Positions 1-10,194 of a DNA stretch of 64,000 bases are shown in pieces. Numbering within the stretch: the first letter of the stretch is position 1; each line of letters begins with the position of its first letter. This DNA is from a bacterium. GTDB taxonomy: Bacteria; Hinthialibacterota; Hinthialibacteria; Hinthialibacterales; Hinthialibacteraceae. The notes below the pieces were generated by a model. That model saw only the letters and a list, made by a program, of their open reading frames with translations. It was not told the DNA's origin and searched no databases. The position numbers and the translations under genes are program-made. The stretch is taken from positions 1-64,000 of the forward strand of contig JBHGBC010000010.1 of assembly GCA_041946805.1 (NCBI GenBank). The letters run 5' to 3'.

Positions 1-24
1 GTTGGAGTCTTGCCTTCATGGGAG

Positions 25-109
25 TCCCCTTCAGGGGACGGCTTTCCAGCAGCCCAGGGGGTTAACCCTGGGCCTATAGCGCCGGAGGTACGCACTTGTC
101 GGATGAACC
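25..109. mobile_element. Right end of a TIR-bounded composite repeat element (left end not visible)
   Basis: Hairpins CCCCTTCAGGGG and GCCCAGGG-GGTTAA-CCCTGGGC followed by GGTACGCACTTGTCGGATGAACC, the terminus shared with 13015-13225. Homologous to 16212-16295. Confidence 0.7.
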
Positions 110-206
110 ATTTATATTGCTTCTTTTGCCTTCTCTATGAGGAATGGGTTGTGAGAAGTCCGGCTGTGATTTTCTTATCATGGTAATCTGAATCGAGGTG
201 CTCACC

Positions 207-1010
207 ATGGTCCAATCACCCGTTTCACCCCCATCGGACGCCATACTCGATGACGAGCCCTTTCGGGTAGGGGATTTCACTCTGCGCTCGCGCTTGATCG
301 TCGGGACCGGCAAATACAAGGATTTCATCACAACCGGGCGCGCCCTCGAGGAATCCGGAACCGAAATGGTCACGGTTGCCCTGCGCCGGATTGATTTCGA
401 CGCGCAAGATCATCTCCTGAATCACATCGATCCCAAGAAATACATCATTCTCCCCAATACGGCGGGATGCTACAACGCCGAGGACGCCGTCCGCGTCGCC
501 CGTTTGGGACGCGAGGTATCCAATTCCAACCTGGTCAAACTGGAAGTCCTGGCCGATCCCGACACCCTCCTGCCTCATCCCGTGGAGACCTTGAAAGCCT
601 TGCAAATTCTCGTGAAAGAGGGCTTCACGGTGATGACCTACACCAACGACGACCCCGTCATGGCCCAGTTGCTGGAGGAAGAAGGCTCCACCGTGGTCAT
701 GCCCGCGGGCGCGCCCATCGGCTCGGGGCAGGGAATCCTCAACGCCAACAACATCCGGATCATCCTGGAACGCGCCAAGGTGCCCATTATCGTGGACGCG
801 GGCGTGGGGACCGCCAGCGATGTCAGCCGCGCGCTGGAACTGGGCTGCGAGGCCGTGCTGCTCAACACGGGCATCGCCGGCGCCAAGGACCCCATCCGCA
901 TGGCGCGGGCGATGAAATACGCCGCCCTGGCCGGCCGGCACGCCTATCTCGCGGGCCGCATCCCCAAGAAACTCTACGCCAACGCCAGCAGTCCACCATT
1001 GGATTTTTGA
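207..1010 (+). CDS. thiG: Thiazole synthase
   Basis: [30 protein letters not shown] and DAGVGTASD motifs. ATG at 207 after a GAGGTG RBS. Confidence 0.97.
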   Translation: MVQSPVSPPSDAILDDEPFRVGDFTLRSRLIVGTGKYKDFITTGRALEESGTEMVTVALRRIDFDAQDHLLNHIDPKKYIILPNTAGCYNAEDAVRVARLGREVSNSNLVKLEVLADPDTLLPHPVETLKALQILVKEGFTVMTYTNDDPVMAQLLEEEGSTVVMPAGAPIGSGQGILNANNIRIILERAKVPIIVDAGVGTASDVSRALELGCEAVLLNTGIAGAKDPIRMARAMKYAALAGRHAYLAGRIPKKLYANASSPPLDF

Positions 1011-1036
1011 TTGGAACACAACAGTTGATCCGTGAC

Positions 1037-2122
1037 ATGAAAACCATCGATTCCGGTTTGTACCGATTGCTCGACGCCAACGCCGACCGCGCCGCCGAGG
1101 CGTTGCGGGTGGTGGGAGATATCGCCCGGTTTGTGTTGGATGATACCACTCTTTCACAAACCTGGCGGACGATGCGCGGTGAATTGTGGCACATTTTGTC
1201 TTCGGTCCCGCGTCTTCAACAAAACGCCGTGGAGAGCCGCGACAGCGCGGGGGATGTGGGCCGTGATTTCAAGGCGGGGCGCCATGCCGATCTCCTGCAG
1301 TTGGCCCGCGCCAACATCCACCGCGCCCAGGAATCGTTCCGCGTGCTGGAGGAAGCCTGCCGGAGTATCGAACTCGCCGCCGTGCCCCGGTTCGCGCGCC
1401 TGCGGTACCAGTGCTATGAGTTGGAACCGGCGATGCTCGCGCGGCTGGAACTACGGTCGCTGGAACGCAAGTTGGATTTTCATCTCTATGTCGTGCTCGG
1501 CCGCGAATTTTCCAAGGGCCGGGATTTTCTCGAAGTGACCGAAAAAGCCATCGCCGGCGGAGCGGGCGCCATCCAACTGCGCGACAAGGAGATGTCCAAG
1601 CGCGAGTTGCTGGCCTGGGCGTACCGGCTGCGCGAATTGACCCGTGAACGTGGCGTGACCTTCATCATGAACGATCATCTCGACATTGCCCTGGCCGCGG
1701 GCGCGGACGGCGTGCATCTGGGCCAGGACGATTTCCCCATCCCCGAAGCCCGGCGCGCCGCGGGGCCGCATTTCATCATCGGCGCGTCCACGCATTCGGT
1801 TGATCAAGCCCGGAAAGCGGTGGAGGAAGGCGCCAGCTACATCAACATCGGGCCGATTTTCCCCACCGGTACTAAAAAAGGTGTAGTGACGCCAGTTGGC
1901 CCGGAGATGATCACCGAGGTCACACGGATTGTTTCTCATCCCTTTACCGTCATGGGCGGGATCAAACTCGGCAACGTGGACGAGGTTTTGCGGCGGGGCG
2001 CCCGGCGGGTCGCGGTGGTCACGGCGGTCGTGGCCGCGGACGACATCACCGCCGCCGCCCGCGCTTTCGTCACGAAAATTCAATCCTGCACGGAGGGAGC
2101 CAAGCCGCCCCGTCCTGAATGA
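1037..2122 (+). CDS. thiE: Thiamine-phosphate synthase with N-terminal ThiD2-like domain
   Basis: N-terminal RLLDANADRAAEALRV...RAQESFRVLEE; C-terminal QLRDK, NDHLDIA, GVHLGQDD, GPIFPTGTK. The ORF-track extension upstream of 1037 overlaps thiG and is spurious. Confidence 0.93.
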   Translation: MKTIDSGLYRLLDANADRAAEALRVVGDIARFVLDDTTLSQTWRTMRGELWHILSSVPRLQQNAVESRDSAGDVGRDFKAGRHADLLQLARANIHRAQESFRVLEEACRSIELAAVPRFARLRYQCYELEPAMLARLELRSLERKLDFHLYVVLGREFSKGRDFLEVTEKAIAGGAGAIQLRDKEMSKRELLAWAYRLRELTRERGVTFIMNDHLDIALAAGADGVHLGQDDFPIPEARRAAGPHFIIGASTHSVDQARKAVEEGASYINIGPIFPTGTKKGVVTPVGPEMITEVTRIVSHPFTVMGGIKLGNVDEVLRRGARRVAVVTAVVAADDITAAARAFVTKIQSCTEGAKPPRPE

Positions 2123-2129
2123 TTCCACC

Positions 2130-5030
2130 ATGCCCGATAATCCCTATGGCTCGTCCCCGCAATGGCTCGATCTGCTTTCCGCCCTTGAATCCCGCGGGAT
2201 TGCCCCGGCAGCGTGTTCCGATTTGCTGCATGACCGTCTTGCCCGGCTTGCGTATTTCTCTCCCCGCCTGGCGGAGATCGCCTCGGCCCGGCCGGAATTG
2301 ATTCTTCCTTGGATGAAGGAAGATGCGCTCGAAGACCGAATCACGAAGTCTCAATTGCTCGACGGGTTGCGGGCCATGCTGCAGGAAGAAGGGGATAAGG
2401 AAACCACCGTTCGTTTTTTCCATCGTTCTCACATTCTTCGGATTGCCTGGCGGGACTTATGCAATCTGGCCGATATTCAATTGATCACCGAGGAACTTTC
2501 GGATTTGGCCGATGTGATCCTGGAAGCGGTTTTTGACCTGACTTGGAGCCGGTTGACCTCCATATACGGTGAGCCTCAGCCGCAAGAGGAGGAGCCGCCC
2601 GCCCACTTGGCCGTTATCGCCTTAGGGAAACTCGGCGGCCGGGAACTGAACTTCAGCTCCGACATCGATCTGATGTTTGTCTATGACCAAAACGGCAAGA
2701 CCACGGGCGGAAGCGGCGCGGCTATTGCAAACAAGAGATTTTTCACGTTACTAGCTCAGGGAATTTGCGATTTTCTTGGAAAGTCCACCCCGCTGGGCTT
2801 TTTATATCGTGTCGATACCCGCCTCCGGCCGGAGGGCGAACGGGGAGAGCTGGCGGTTCCCCTGGCCGCCATCGAAATCTATTACCACTCGTACGGCCAG
2901 AATTGGGAGCGGCAAGCCTTATTGAAAGCCCGGCCCGTAGCCGGAAGTCCAGAGGCAGGCCGCCAATTCATTCAGCTGATTACGCCGTTCACCTATCGTA
3001 AATACGTGGATGAAGTGGAAATCGCCGAGGTTCTCCGCTCCATCGATACCCTGCGCCGGCGGTCGCTGGCCGCGATTGGATCTCCCGGCCAGCAGGCGAA
3101 CAACTTCAAAAACGGGTATGGGGGGATTCGGGAGATCGAATTCTTTGTTCAGGCCGTACAGATGCTCTACGGCGGGCAATATCCCGAAATCAAACTGGCG
3201 GGCACACTGCTCTCCCTCCAGCGCATGCACGAAAGCCATTTGCTGCATTCCAAGGAATACGTGTTGCTGACCACGGCCTATAAATTTCTCCGCCGCGTCG
3301 AACACCGCCTGCAAATGGCCGCCGACCAGCAGGTATATGACTTGCCCTCCGATCCCGCCGCGCGCCAACGGCTGGTGGATAGTATGGATATGGCTTCCTG
3401 GGATGAATTCAAACAAAAGTACGAGGAAACCACGCGGGGGGTCCGGCAGATCTATGAAGGCGTCTTTCAACGCGAGGATTGGAACGACACCTTGGAACCG
3501 CTGATCGAATCCCAGGAATGCACGGACGAAATCAAAAAACTCCTGGCTTCTTACGAATTTGAGGATCCCCCGCGCGCCTTCGCCTTTCTCAAAGCCCTCC
3601 AGACGTCACCGGACATCCATCTGCAGCCCAAGACCACCCGGCTCTTCAAGGCCATCCTGCCCCGCCTGCTGGTCTGCCTGAAAAACAGCCCCGATTCCGA
3701 CCTGGCCCTTTCCAACTTCGAGCAGCTGGTCACCAGTTTCAAGGCGCGGTCCGCCCTCTATGAAGCGCTCTACAGCCAACCGCCGTTTCTCGAACTGCTG
3801 GTCGCCGTGACCAGCGGCAGCAGTTTCCTCACCCGTCTGGTGTTGCGCGATCCCTCCCTCATGGAGACCATCGGCCATGACGGATTTTTGGAAGAAGTGA
3901 TCACCCCCGGTCTGCTCCAGCGCCATCTCGAACTCATCGAGCAGGCTTACCCCGCCGCGCCACGCCGCGACCACCTGTTGCGCGTGCAGAACGCCGCCAT
4001 GTTCCGCGGCGGCATCCGCTTCATCCTGGGGCTTTCCGATGTCGAGAGCATGGGCCAGGAACTGACGCATATCGCCGATTTCATCCTGGAAAAAAGCCTG
4101 CCCCGTGTCGTGAACCAGATGGCTGAAAAGTATCCGGATTTCACGGCTTGCGGCGCGGCGGATTTGGCCATCCTGGGCTACGGCAAACTGGGCGGACGCG
4201 AATTCAACGTGGCGTCCGACTGCGACCTGGTGTTTCTCTACTCCCAATCCCGGACCGAGGGGGGAATCTCATCCGCCGAGTATTTCCACCGGTTCGCCGC
4301 GCAGATGACCCGTTTTCTGGAAGAAAAATCCGCTCTGGGTTTTTTGTACAACACGGACACCCGTCTCCGGCCGCATGGTCAGAACAGCCCCCTGGCCGGC
4401 AGTTTCGCCGCGTTCCAGGATTACTACCGTCATCAGGCCCAATTCTGGGAAAAGATGGCCCTGACCCGCGCCCGGTTTATCGGCGGTAATCCCCAGGCCC
4501 GCGATCTCTTGGAGGAGTTGAAAAAAGAAGTCCTCTTCCAGAAACCTCCCAGCCGGGAGGAGATCCAGTCCATCCTCGACATGCGGCGGAAAATCGAATC
4601 GGCCAAGGGGGATGAAACCCTCAAGGCCGGTCCCGGCGGCCTGGTCGATGTGGAATTCGTCGCCCAAACCTTGGTGTTGCGTCATGGATTTCAGCATGCG
4701 TCCGTGCGTTCCCCTTCGACCTTCGCCATCCTGCGCGCCGCCGCCCGCGAGGCCTTGCTGCCCTTGGACGAAGCCAAGCAGCTCATTGTTTCGTACACGT
4801 TTTTGCGCGAGGTGGAAAACCGCCTGCGGATCGTCAACAACATTTCCATGGACGCCATCCCCGCCGATCCCGCCGAACTCGAAAAACTCACCCGCCGCTA
4901 CGCCTTGCGCCTGGACACCGATCCGCTGACTCCGGAATCGTTTCTGGAGAAAATCGGCAGCCACACCCGCCGCGTGCGCGCCATCTTTGAACGGTTTTTT
5001 GAACGGATGCTGGAGGAGAGCGGGAGATGA
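2130..5030 (+). CDS. glnE: Glutamine synthetase adenylyltransferase/deadenylase
   Basis: Two nucleotidyltransferase repeats: GKLGGRELNFSSDIDL...VDTRLRPEG and GKLGGREFNVASDCDL...DTRLRPHG; GGIREIEF and GGLVDVEF. Confidence 0.95.
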   Translation: MPDNPYGSSPQWLDLLSALESRGIAPAACSDLLHDRLARLAYFSPRLAEIASARPELILPWMKEDALEDRITKSQLLDGLRAMLQEEGDKETTVRFFHRSHILRIAWRDLCNLADIQLITEELSDLADVILEAVFDLTWSRLTSIYGEPQPQEEEPPAHLAVIALGKLGGRELNFSSDIDLMFVYDQNGKTTGGSGAAIANKRFFTLLAQGICDFLGKSTPLGFLYRVDTRLRPEGERGELAVPLAAIEIYYHSYGQNWERQALLKARPVAGSPEAGRQFIQLITPFTYRKYVDEVEIAEVLRSIDTLRRRSLAAIGSPGQQANNFKNGYGGIREIEFFVQAVQMLYGGQYPEIKLAGTLLSLQRMHESHLLHSKEYVLLTTAYKFLRRVEHRLQMAADQQVYDLPSDPAARQRLVDSMDMASWDEFKQKYEETTRGVRQIYEGVFQREDWNDTLEPLIESQECTDEIKKLLASYEFEDPPRAFAFLKALQTSPDIHLQPKTTRLFKAILPRLLVCLKNSPDSDLALSNFEQLVTSFKARSALYEALYSQPPFLELLVAVTSGSSFLTRLVLRDPSLMETIGHDGFLEEVITPGLLQRHLELIEQAYPAAPRRDHLLRVQNAAMFRGGIRFILGLSDVESMGQELTHIADFILEKSLPRVVNQMAEKYPDFTACGAADLAILGYGKLGGREFNVASDCDLVFLYSQSRTEGGISSAEYFHRFAAQMTRFLEEKSALGFLYNTDTRLRPHGQNSPLAGSFAAFQDYYRHQAQFWEKMALTRARFIGGNPQARDLLEELKKEVLFQKPPSREEIQSILDMRRKIESAKGDETLKAGPGGLVDVEFVAQTLVLRHGFQHASVRSPSTFAILRAAAREALLPLDEAKQLIVSYTFLREVENRLRIVNNISMDAIPADPAELEKLTRRYALRLDTDPLTPESFLEKIGSHTRRVRAIFERFFERMLEESGR

Positions 5031-5061
5031 GATGAAGATAAAATGATAAAGGTGAGACCCA

Positions 5062-5340
5062 TTAGGCCGTATCCGGGTTGGACCGCTTGTTATATTTATC
5101 TCGTAGCCGGGAGTAGACGTCATCCGCGTCCCAGCTTGGACCGCTGCCAATTCCCTCTTGCACGAGGCGGCGTAGATCATCGAGTTCGAGTAAATCCACT
5201 TTTCTTTTGAATTTCCAAAAACGCAACGCTTCCCGTACCACTTCGCTCGCGCTGGCGTATTCACCGCTTTCTACCGCGGCGTGGAGCATGGCCACCATGT
5301 CGGACGGGAGCGCCACACTGATTTTTTCGACTGTGCCCAT
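5062..5340 (-). CDS. ParD-like (RHH) type II antitoxin
   Basis: KISVALP...AVESGEYASASEVVREALR...LVQEGIGSG pattern; GGAGG RBS. Confidence 0.85.
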   Translation of the reverse strand: MGTVEKISVALPSDMVAMLHAAVESGEYASASEVVREALRFWKFKRKVDLLELDDLRRLVQEGIGSGPSWDADDVYSRLRDKYNKRSNPDTA

Positions 5341-5465
5341 GGATCGTTTCCTCCAGAGAATATGGCAGCAATAATTACTACCGTTGGCAATTCAGTATTT
5401 GAAGAAAAGTTGGAATTGATTCCGGAATGGGATTCGATCGGCGGGCGCCTTCTGTCCTGCTTCCC

Positions 5466-5792
5466 CTACGGTATTGGAGACGCGCGGTGTAATTGCTCAT
5501 CCGTAAGAGGGGTAATTCGCCGTTCGATATCCTCACCTATCTCCGCCAGAGCGGTTTTCAAGTCATAGCGTTGCTGCAGGTTCAACCACAGTTCCGGTCC
5601 GGTTTGGAAAAAACGCCCTAGCCGCAAGGCCATGTCGGGTGTGATTCGCCGTGCACCCCGGATGATGGAATTCACCCGCGCCGCCGGAATATCCAACTCC
5701 CGCGCCAACTTGTTTTGGCTCAATCCAAGTGGCTTTAAAAATTCAGTCAATAAAATCTGGCCTGGATCGATAGGTTTTATTTTCTTGTGCAT
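5466..5792 (-). CDS. higA: HigA-family antitoxin (XRE HTH)
   Basis: PGQILLTEFLKPLGLSQNKLA...ITPDMALRLGRFFQTGPELWLNLQQRYDL. Confidence 0.9.
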   Translation of the reverse strand: MHKKIKPIDPGQILLTEFLKPLGLSQNKLARELDIPAARVNSIIRGARRITPDMALRLGRFFQTGPELWLNLQQRYDLKTALAEIGEDIERRITPLTDEQLHRASPIP

Positions 5793-5850
5793 TGTCATAC
5801 TCCCGACTAACACTCCCCTTATGGAAGGAGATCAGGATCTGGGAATTATT

Positions 5851-5876
5851 GTAGGGGCGGACCTTGGTGTCCGCCC
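5851..5876 (+). repeat. GTAG-type REP palindrome
   Basis: GTAGGGGCGGACCTTGGTGTCCGCCC. The same stem occurs inside the 211-bp elements. Confidence 0.75.
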
Positions 5877-5952
5877 GATTGCGGGGTGGATGAAATCCCT
5901 GTTCCGCCATCATGTACGCGCAAACAGCATCGATCATAATTTTCAATATTAT

Positions 5953-5981
5953 AAAAAAAGGGACACCGTTTCCAGTGCCCC
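5953..5981 (-). terminator. Rho-independent terminator of xylA
   Basis: Minus strand GGGGCAC-TGGAAACG-GTGTCCC followed by T7, just after the xylA stop. Confidence 0.8.
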
Positions 5982-6006
5982 GGGTCAGTCATTATTATCC
6001 TGTCCT

Positions 6007-7320
6007 CTACCGGATATACTCGTTCAACAGGTTCTCCAGGTACTCCTGGCGGCCGCTTTGAATCGCCGGTTCGCCGTGTTCCAAGGTGTATTGCTCCAGT
6101 TCCTCGAAACCCACCGCGCGGCTTTCGATTTTCTTACCCAGCTCGCCGTCCCAACCGGCGTAACGGTTCTTGACGAAACTCTCGAAAGTCTTGTCTTCCA
6201 GCATCTTGGCCGCGATTTTCAACCCGCGGGCAAAGGCGTCCATCCCGCCGATGTGCGCGTGGAACAGATCCACGCCGTCGATGGACTGCCGCCGCACCTT
6301 CGCGTCGAAATTCAACCCGCCGGTGGTGAATCCGCCGTTCTTGGTGATGATATACATGGCCAGCGCCGTGTCATACAGGTCGGTCGGGAACTGGTCGGTG
6401 TCCCACCCCAACAGCAGGTCGCCCCGGTTGGCGTCCACCGATCCCAGCATCCCGTTGGCCGCGCAATAGGCCAGCTCGTGGATGAACGTGTGCCCCGCCA
6501 GTGTCGCGTGGTTGGCCTCGATGTTCATCTTGAAATGATCCATCAGGCCGTATTTCTGCAGAAACGCGTGGCAACTGCCCGCGTCGAAGTCGTACTGGTG
6601 CTTGGTCGGCTCCTTGGGTTTCGGTTCGATGTAGAACTGACCCTGGAAGCTGATCTTCTTCTTGTAATCCACCGCCATGTTCAAGAACGTTCCCAGGTGG
6701 TCGAATTCCCGCCCCAGGTCGGTGTTGAGCAGGGTCTCGTATCCCTCGCGCCCGCCCCAGAAGACATACCCGGCCCCGCCGAGTTCGTGGGTGATTTCCA
6801 TCGCCTTCTTCACCTGGCTGGCCGCATAGGCGTACACCGCCGGCGAAGGATTGGTCGACGCCCCCGCCATGAACCGCCGGTGCGAAAACAGGTTGCTGGT
6901 TCCCCAGAGTAACTTGACGCCCGTCTCGGCTTGCTTTTTCTTGGCCAGCGCCACGATCTGGTCCAACCGCTTGTTGGTTTCCGCCAGGTTGTCCGCTTCC
7001 AGCGCGATGTCTCGATCATGGAAACACCAGAACTTCACTCCCAGCTTGCTCAGGAATTCAAAAGCGGCGTCCAGCGTCATTTCCGCCACTTTCATGGGAT
7101 CGCTCGATTGGTTGTACGCCCGGATCATCGTCCCCGGCCCGAAGGGATCGCTCCCCAATCCCTTGAACGTGTGCCAATAACAGACCGAAAACCGGAAATG
7201 CTCCTCCATAGTCTTACCCAAAATCTTCTCTTGGGGATTGTAATGCTTGAAGGATAAGGGGTTTTTGGAATCCGGCCCTTCGTAGCGGATCGGCTTGACG
7301 TCAGGAAAGTATTCGGTCAT
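6007..7320 (-). CDS. xylA: Xylose isomerase (class II)
   Basis: [51 protein letters not shown]. Confidence 0.98.
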   Translation of the reverse strand: MTEYFPDVKPIRYEGPDSKNPLSFKHYNPQEKILGKTMEEHFRFSVCYWHTFKGLGSDPFGPGTMIRAYNQSSDPMKVAEMTLDAAFEFLSKLGVKFWCFHDRDIALEADNLAETNKRLDQIVALAKKKQAETGVKLLWGTSNLFSHRRFMAGASTNPSPAVYAYAASQVKKAMEITHELGGAGYVFWGGREGYETLLNTDLGREFDHLGTFLNMAVDYKKKISFQGQFYIEPKPKEPTKHQYDFDAGSCHAFLQKYGLMDHFKMNIEANHATLAGHTFIHELAYCAANGMLGSVDANRGDLLLGWDTDQFPTDLYDTALAMYIITKNGGFTTGGLNFDAKVRRQSIDGVDLFHAHIGGMDAFARGLKIAAKMLEDKTFESFVKNRYAGWDGELGKKIESRAVGFEELEQYTLEHGEPAIQSGRQEYLENLLNEYIR

Positions 7321-7570
7321 GGTCCAGTTCTCCTATTCTATTAATTACCTGATTGCCATTCCTTATCTTGCGTGGATGGGTCGTGGAACAGGCTCCAGTT
7401 TACCGCTCAAATTCCAGCAGGGGAAGGAACTCTTCGTTTTGGACGATTTTCTCTTGTTTTTTTTGTCGGAATCAAAAAATAGGGTACCAATTGAATTCAG
7501 ATGTGATATAATAAAATGTTGCATAATAAGCCAGTTATGTCAAAATATTGATCTATTAGATGGGGATGAT

Positions 7571-9406
7571 ATGGTCATTGGGATTGCAACCTCCGAAACG
7601 GCCGTTGATTACCACGTGGGAGACCGGATCGGCGGCCGTTACCTCATCGAAGATATCCGGCGTGGCAACATGGGGATCGTCTATCTCGGTTCCGATCTGG
7701 CCACCTCGCAACCCATCGCTCTGAAAACCTTCGAAACCCGGTATCTCGATTCCCAGCGCAACCGGGTTGCGTTCATGAAGGAGGCTTCCACCTGGATTCA
7801 GCTGGAACGCCATCCCAACATCGTCCAGGCCTATTCCATCCAGCAATTCGATTCTCAGCCCTACCTGCTGCTCGAACGGATTCCAACCCGCAACCTCCGT
7901 GGCTGCACGCTCAAGGATCTGATCTTTTCCGAACCTTTGTCCGTGCAGCGGATGATACAGATCGGCATTCATATCTGTGACGGCATGATTCACGCTCTCG
8001 GAAAGTTTCCCGGTCTGGTGCACCGGGACCTGAAATCCGAAAACATCCTGGCCGGACCCGATGGCCTGCCTAAAATCTCCGACTTTGGTATGACCCTGCA
8101 AAAAGAGATCGAATTCCCATCTTCCGGTTCCGCGAAACCCGGGAACGGATTTCTCGATCTCACCGATTTGGCCCGCCGCTTGGTCGGCACGCCCGCGTTC
8201 GCTTCGCCGGAACAATGCTTGTCCCTGCATCTGGATACGCGGTCGGATATCTATTCCTGCGGCTGCATTCTCTACCATATGGCCGTCAAGCGCATGCCGT
8301 TTCATCGCGATACGGTCGAAAAAACCATCCTGGCTCAGGTGAACGAAGCGCCGGTTCCTCCGCATCTGATGAATGAGCAAATCCCGCGGGATTATTCGGC
8401 ACTCATTCTCACTTGTTTGGCAAAGAAACCCGAGGCGCGGTTCGACTCGTTTTCCAGCCTGCGCCGGGAACTGATCTATCTGCATGAAGTGCTTTTTGGC
8501 GAAGAACCGGCTTCCTTCCGCGCGGGCCTTCCTCTCACCGTGGACGAATATGTCGCGCGCGCCCAGTCGTTCGCCTTGATCCAGCAATACGCCCAAGCCC
8601 AGGCCGAATTGCGTAAGGCCCTCCAGGCCTTTCCCCGCCGCCTCGATGTGTATTATCATCTGAGCCGGATCAGTTTCCTGCAAAAAAGATATGAACGCGC
8701 CCTGGCCGAATGCGAAAAGGCCCTAACCGCTCTGCCCAACGATCCGGACCTTCATCTGCTCCGCGGCAGGATCAGCCACGCACTCTCCCTGGCCGCAAAG
8801 GCGGAACTGGCCTTCCAAAAAGCAATCCAACTCGCCCCGGACCGGGCCGAGGCCTACCGCGAATGGGCTGGTCTATGTCTCGAACGCCGGGATTATCTTG
8901 CGGCCGAACGGACCTTGCGCGACGCCCTGGTCTATTGTGAGGAAAAGGGACCTTTTTATCTGCAATTGGCGGATCTGTACCTGCGCACCGGAAAAATCAA
9001 CGAACGCTATCAGGCTCTCGAAAGAGCGGCGCAATGGCTGCCCTGGGACGTGGACTGCCTGCTAAGCCTGGCCGAACTCAGCGAACGGTTCCATCGCCCG
9101 GCCCGGGCCATGGCCTGGGCCTTCAAGGCCCTCCAGGCCTCGCCGCATACTTTCCCGGATTGGTACCGCCTCGGGCGCTTGTTCCAGCGGCTCAAAGACA
9201 CTCGTCTCGCCGCCGAGGCCTGGACCCATGCCGCCGCGTTGGGAGAAGGAGACGCGGACTTCTATTTGGAATTGACTTCTCTATACTTGAATCTCCGGGA
9301 ATTCGACGATGCGTGGACCTATGCTCTGCAAGCCGAACTCCGGGGAGCCGATGTCCAGAATCTGAAAGCCACGATCCAAAGTAAACGAATCCAACCCCGC
9401 GCGTGA
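7571..9406 (+). CDS. Hanks-type Ser/Thr protein kinase with C-terminal TPR repeats
   Basis: GNMGIVY, IALK, HPNIV, HRDLKSENIL, DFG, SPE and DIYSCG motifs, then TPR-like helices. Confidence 0.92.
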   Translation: MVIGIATSETAVDYHVGDRIGGRYLIEDIRRGNMGIVYLGSDLATSQPIALKTFETRYLDSQRNRVAFMKEASTWIQLERHPNIVQAYSIQQFDSQPYLLLERIPTRNLRGCTLKDLIFSEPLSVQRMIQIGIHICDGMIHALGKFPGLVHRDLKSENILAGPDGLPKISDFGMTLQKEIEFPSSGSAKPGNGFLDLTDLARRLVGTPAFASPEQCLSLHLDTRSDIYSCGCILYHMAVKRMPFHRDTVEKTILAQVNEAPVPPHLMNEQIPRDYSALILTCLAKKPEARFDSFSSLRRELIYLHEVLFGEEPASFRAGLPLTVDEYVARAQSFALIQQYAQAQAELRKALQAFPRRLDVYYHLSRISFLQKRYERALAECEKALTALPNDPDLHLLRGRISHALSLAAKAELAFQKAIQLAPDRAEAYREWAGLCLERRDYLAAERTLRDALVYCEEKGPFYLQLADLYLRTGKINERYQALERAAQWLPWDVDCLLSLAELSERFHRPARAMAWAFKALQASPHTFPDWYRLGRLFQRLKDTRLAAEAWTHAAALGEGDADFYLELTSLYLNLREFDDAWTYALQAELRGADVQNLKATIQSKRIQPRA

Positions 9407-9410
9407 TCTC

Positions 9411-10166
9411 ATGAAATATGCGATCTTCAGTGATATCCACAGTAATTATGAGTCACTGAAGTTCTTTCTCGATTTCCTCCACGGACAACCCGGCGTGATG
9501 CCCATTTGTCTGGGGGACGTCGCCGGCTATGCCGCCCGGCCTAATGAATGCCTAAACCTGCTCCAGGAAAACCGGATTCCCGTTATCATGGGCAACCACG
9601 ACTACGCCGTGAACTTCATCCAGGAACGGACGGCCTTCAACGAATACGCTCTCCAAGCGATCCAATGGCAAGACACGGTCCTCACTCCCGAAAACCGGGA
9701 AATTTTGCGCCGCTTGCCGCTATCCATGGTGATCGATCAGAATTTCGCCGTGACCCACGCCGATTATTCCGATCCGGCGGAGTTCCATTATGTTTCGGCG
9801 GCGGTTGAGGCGGAACTCTCGTTCGCCGGCCTCCCGGCGCCGGTGGGATTCTTCGGCCATACCCATTGCCCGGGAATTTTTGCCGAAGATCCGCGCCGCC
9901 CTGCCGAGGACCGGATCACCTGCCTGTCCCTCGAACCGGGCGATGAACCCTTTCGGCTCGATTCCGAAGTCCGGTATCTGATCAATCCCGGCAGTCTGGG
10001 CCAACCGCGCGACGGGGATCCCCGGGCTTCCTTTCTGGTCTATGATTCCTGTGAAAGAAGCGTCATGTTTCACCGCTTGGCGTACGATTGCGAGGCGGAG
10101 GCGAGAGCCATCCGGGAAGCCGGCCTGCCGGATTTATTGGCTGACCGCCTCTTGGGGGGATATTGA
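9411..10166 (+). CDS. Calcineurin-like metallophosphoesterase
   Basis: DIHSN, GD, GNHD, GHTH, NPGSLGQPRDGDPRASF. Confidence 0.93.
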   Translation: MKYAIFSDIHSNYESLKFFLDFLHGQPGVMPICLGDVAGYAARPNECLNLLQENRIPVIMGNHDYAVNFIQERTAFNEYALQAIQWQDTVLTPENREILRRLPLSMVIDQNFAVTHADYSDPAEFHYVSAAVEAELSFAGLPAPVGFFGHTHCPGIFAEDPRRPAEDRITCLSLEPGDEPFRLDSEVRYLINPGSLGQPRDGDPRASFLVYDSCERSVMFHRLAYDCEAEARAIREAGLPDLLADRLLGGY

Positions 10167-10194
10167 AGCGGGAGGGAGAGGAGCGGAATCGCGA

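Noticed and set aside
110..206. TPP riboswitch upstream of thiG
   Set aside because: No CUGAGA..ACCUG..AAUG..AGGGA aptamer core, and the region is short.
467..1036. N-terminal extension of the 551-aa ORF
   Set aside because: Off-frame overlap with thiG; Arg/Pro-rich shadow translation.
5743..5946. Possible HigB toxin ORF upstream of higA
   Set aside because: Translates through a REP and lacks RelE/HigB features.
5632..6912. Long antisense or alternate-frame ORFs (also 13751-14803, 28409-29686, 29887-31215, 44293-45630, 59344-60438 and others)
   Set aside because: Shadows of well-supported genes, expected in GC-rich DNA, with no recognisable motifs.
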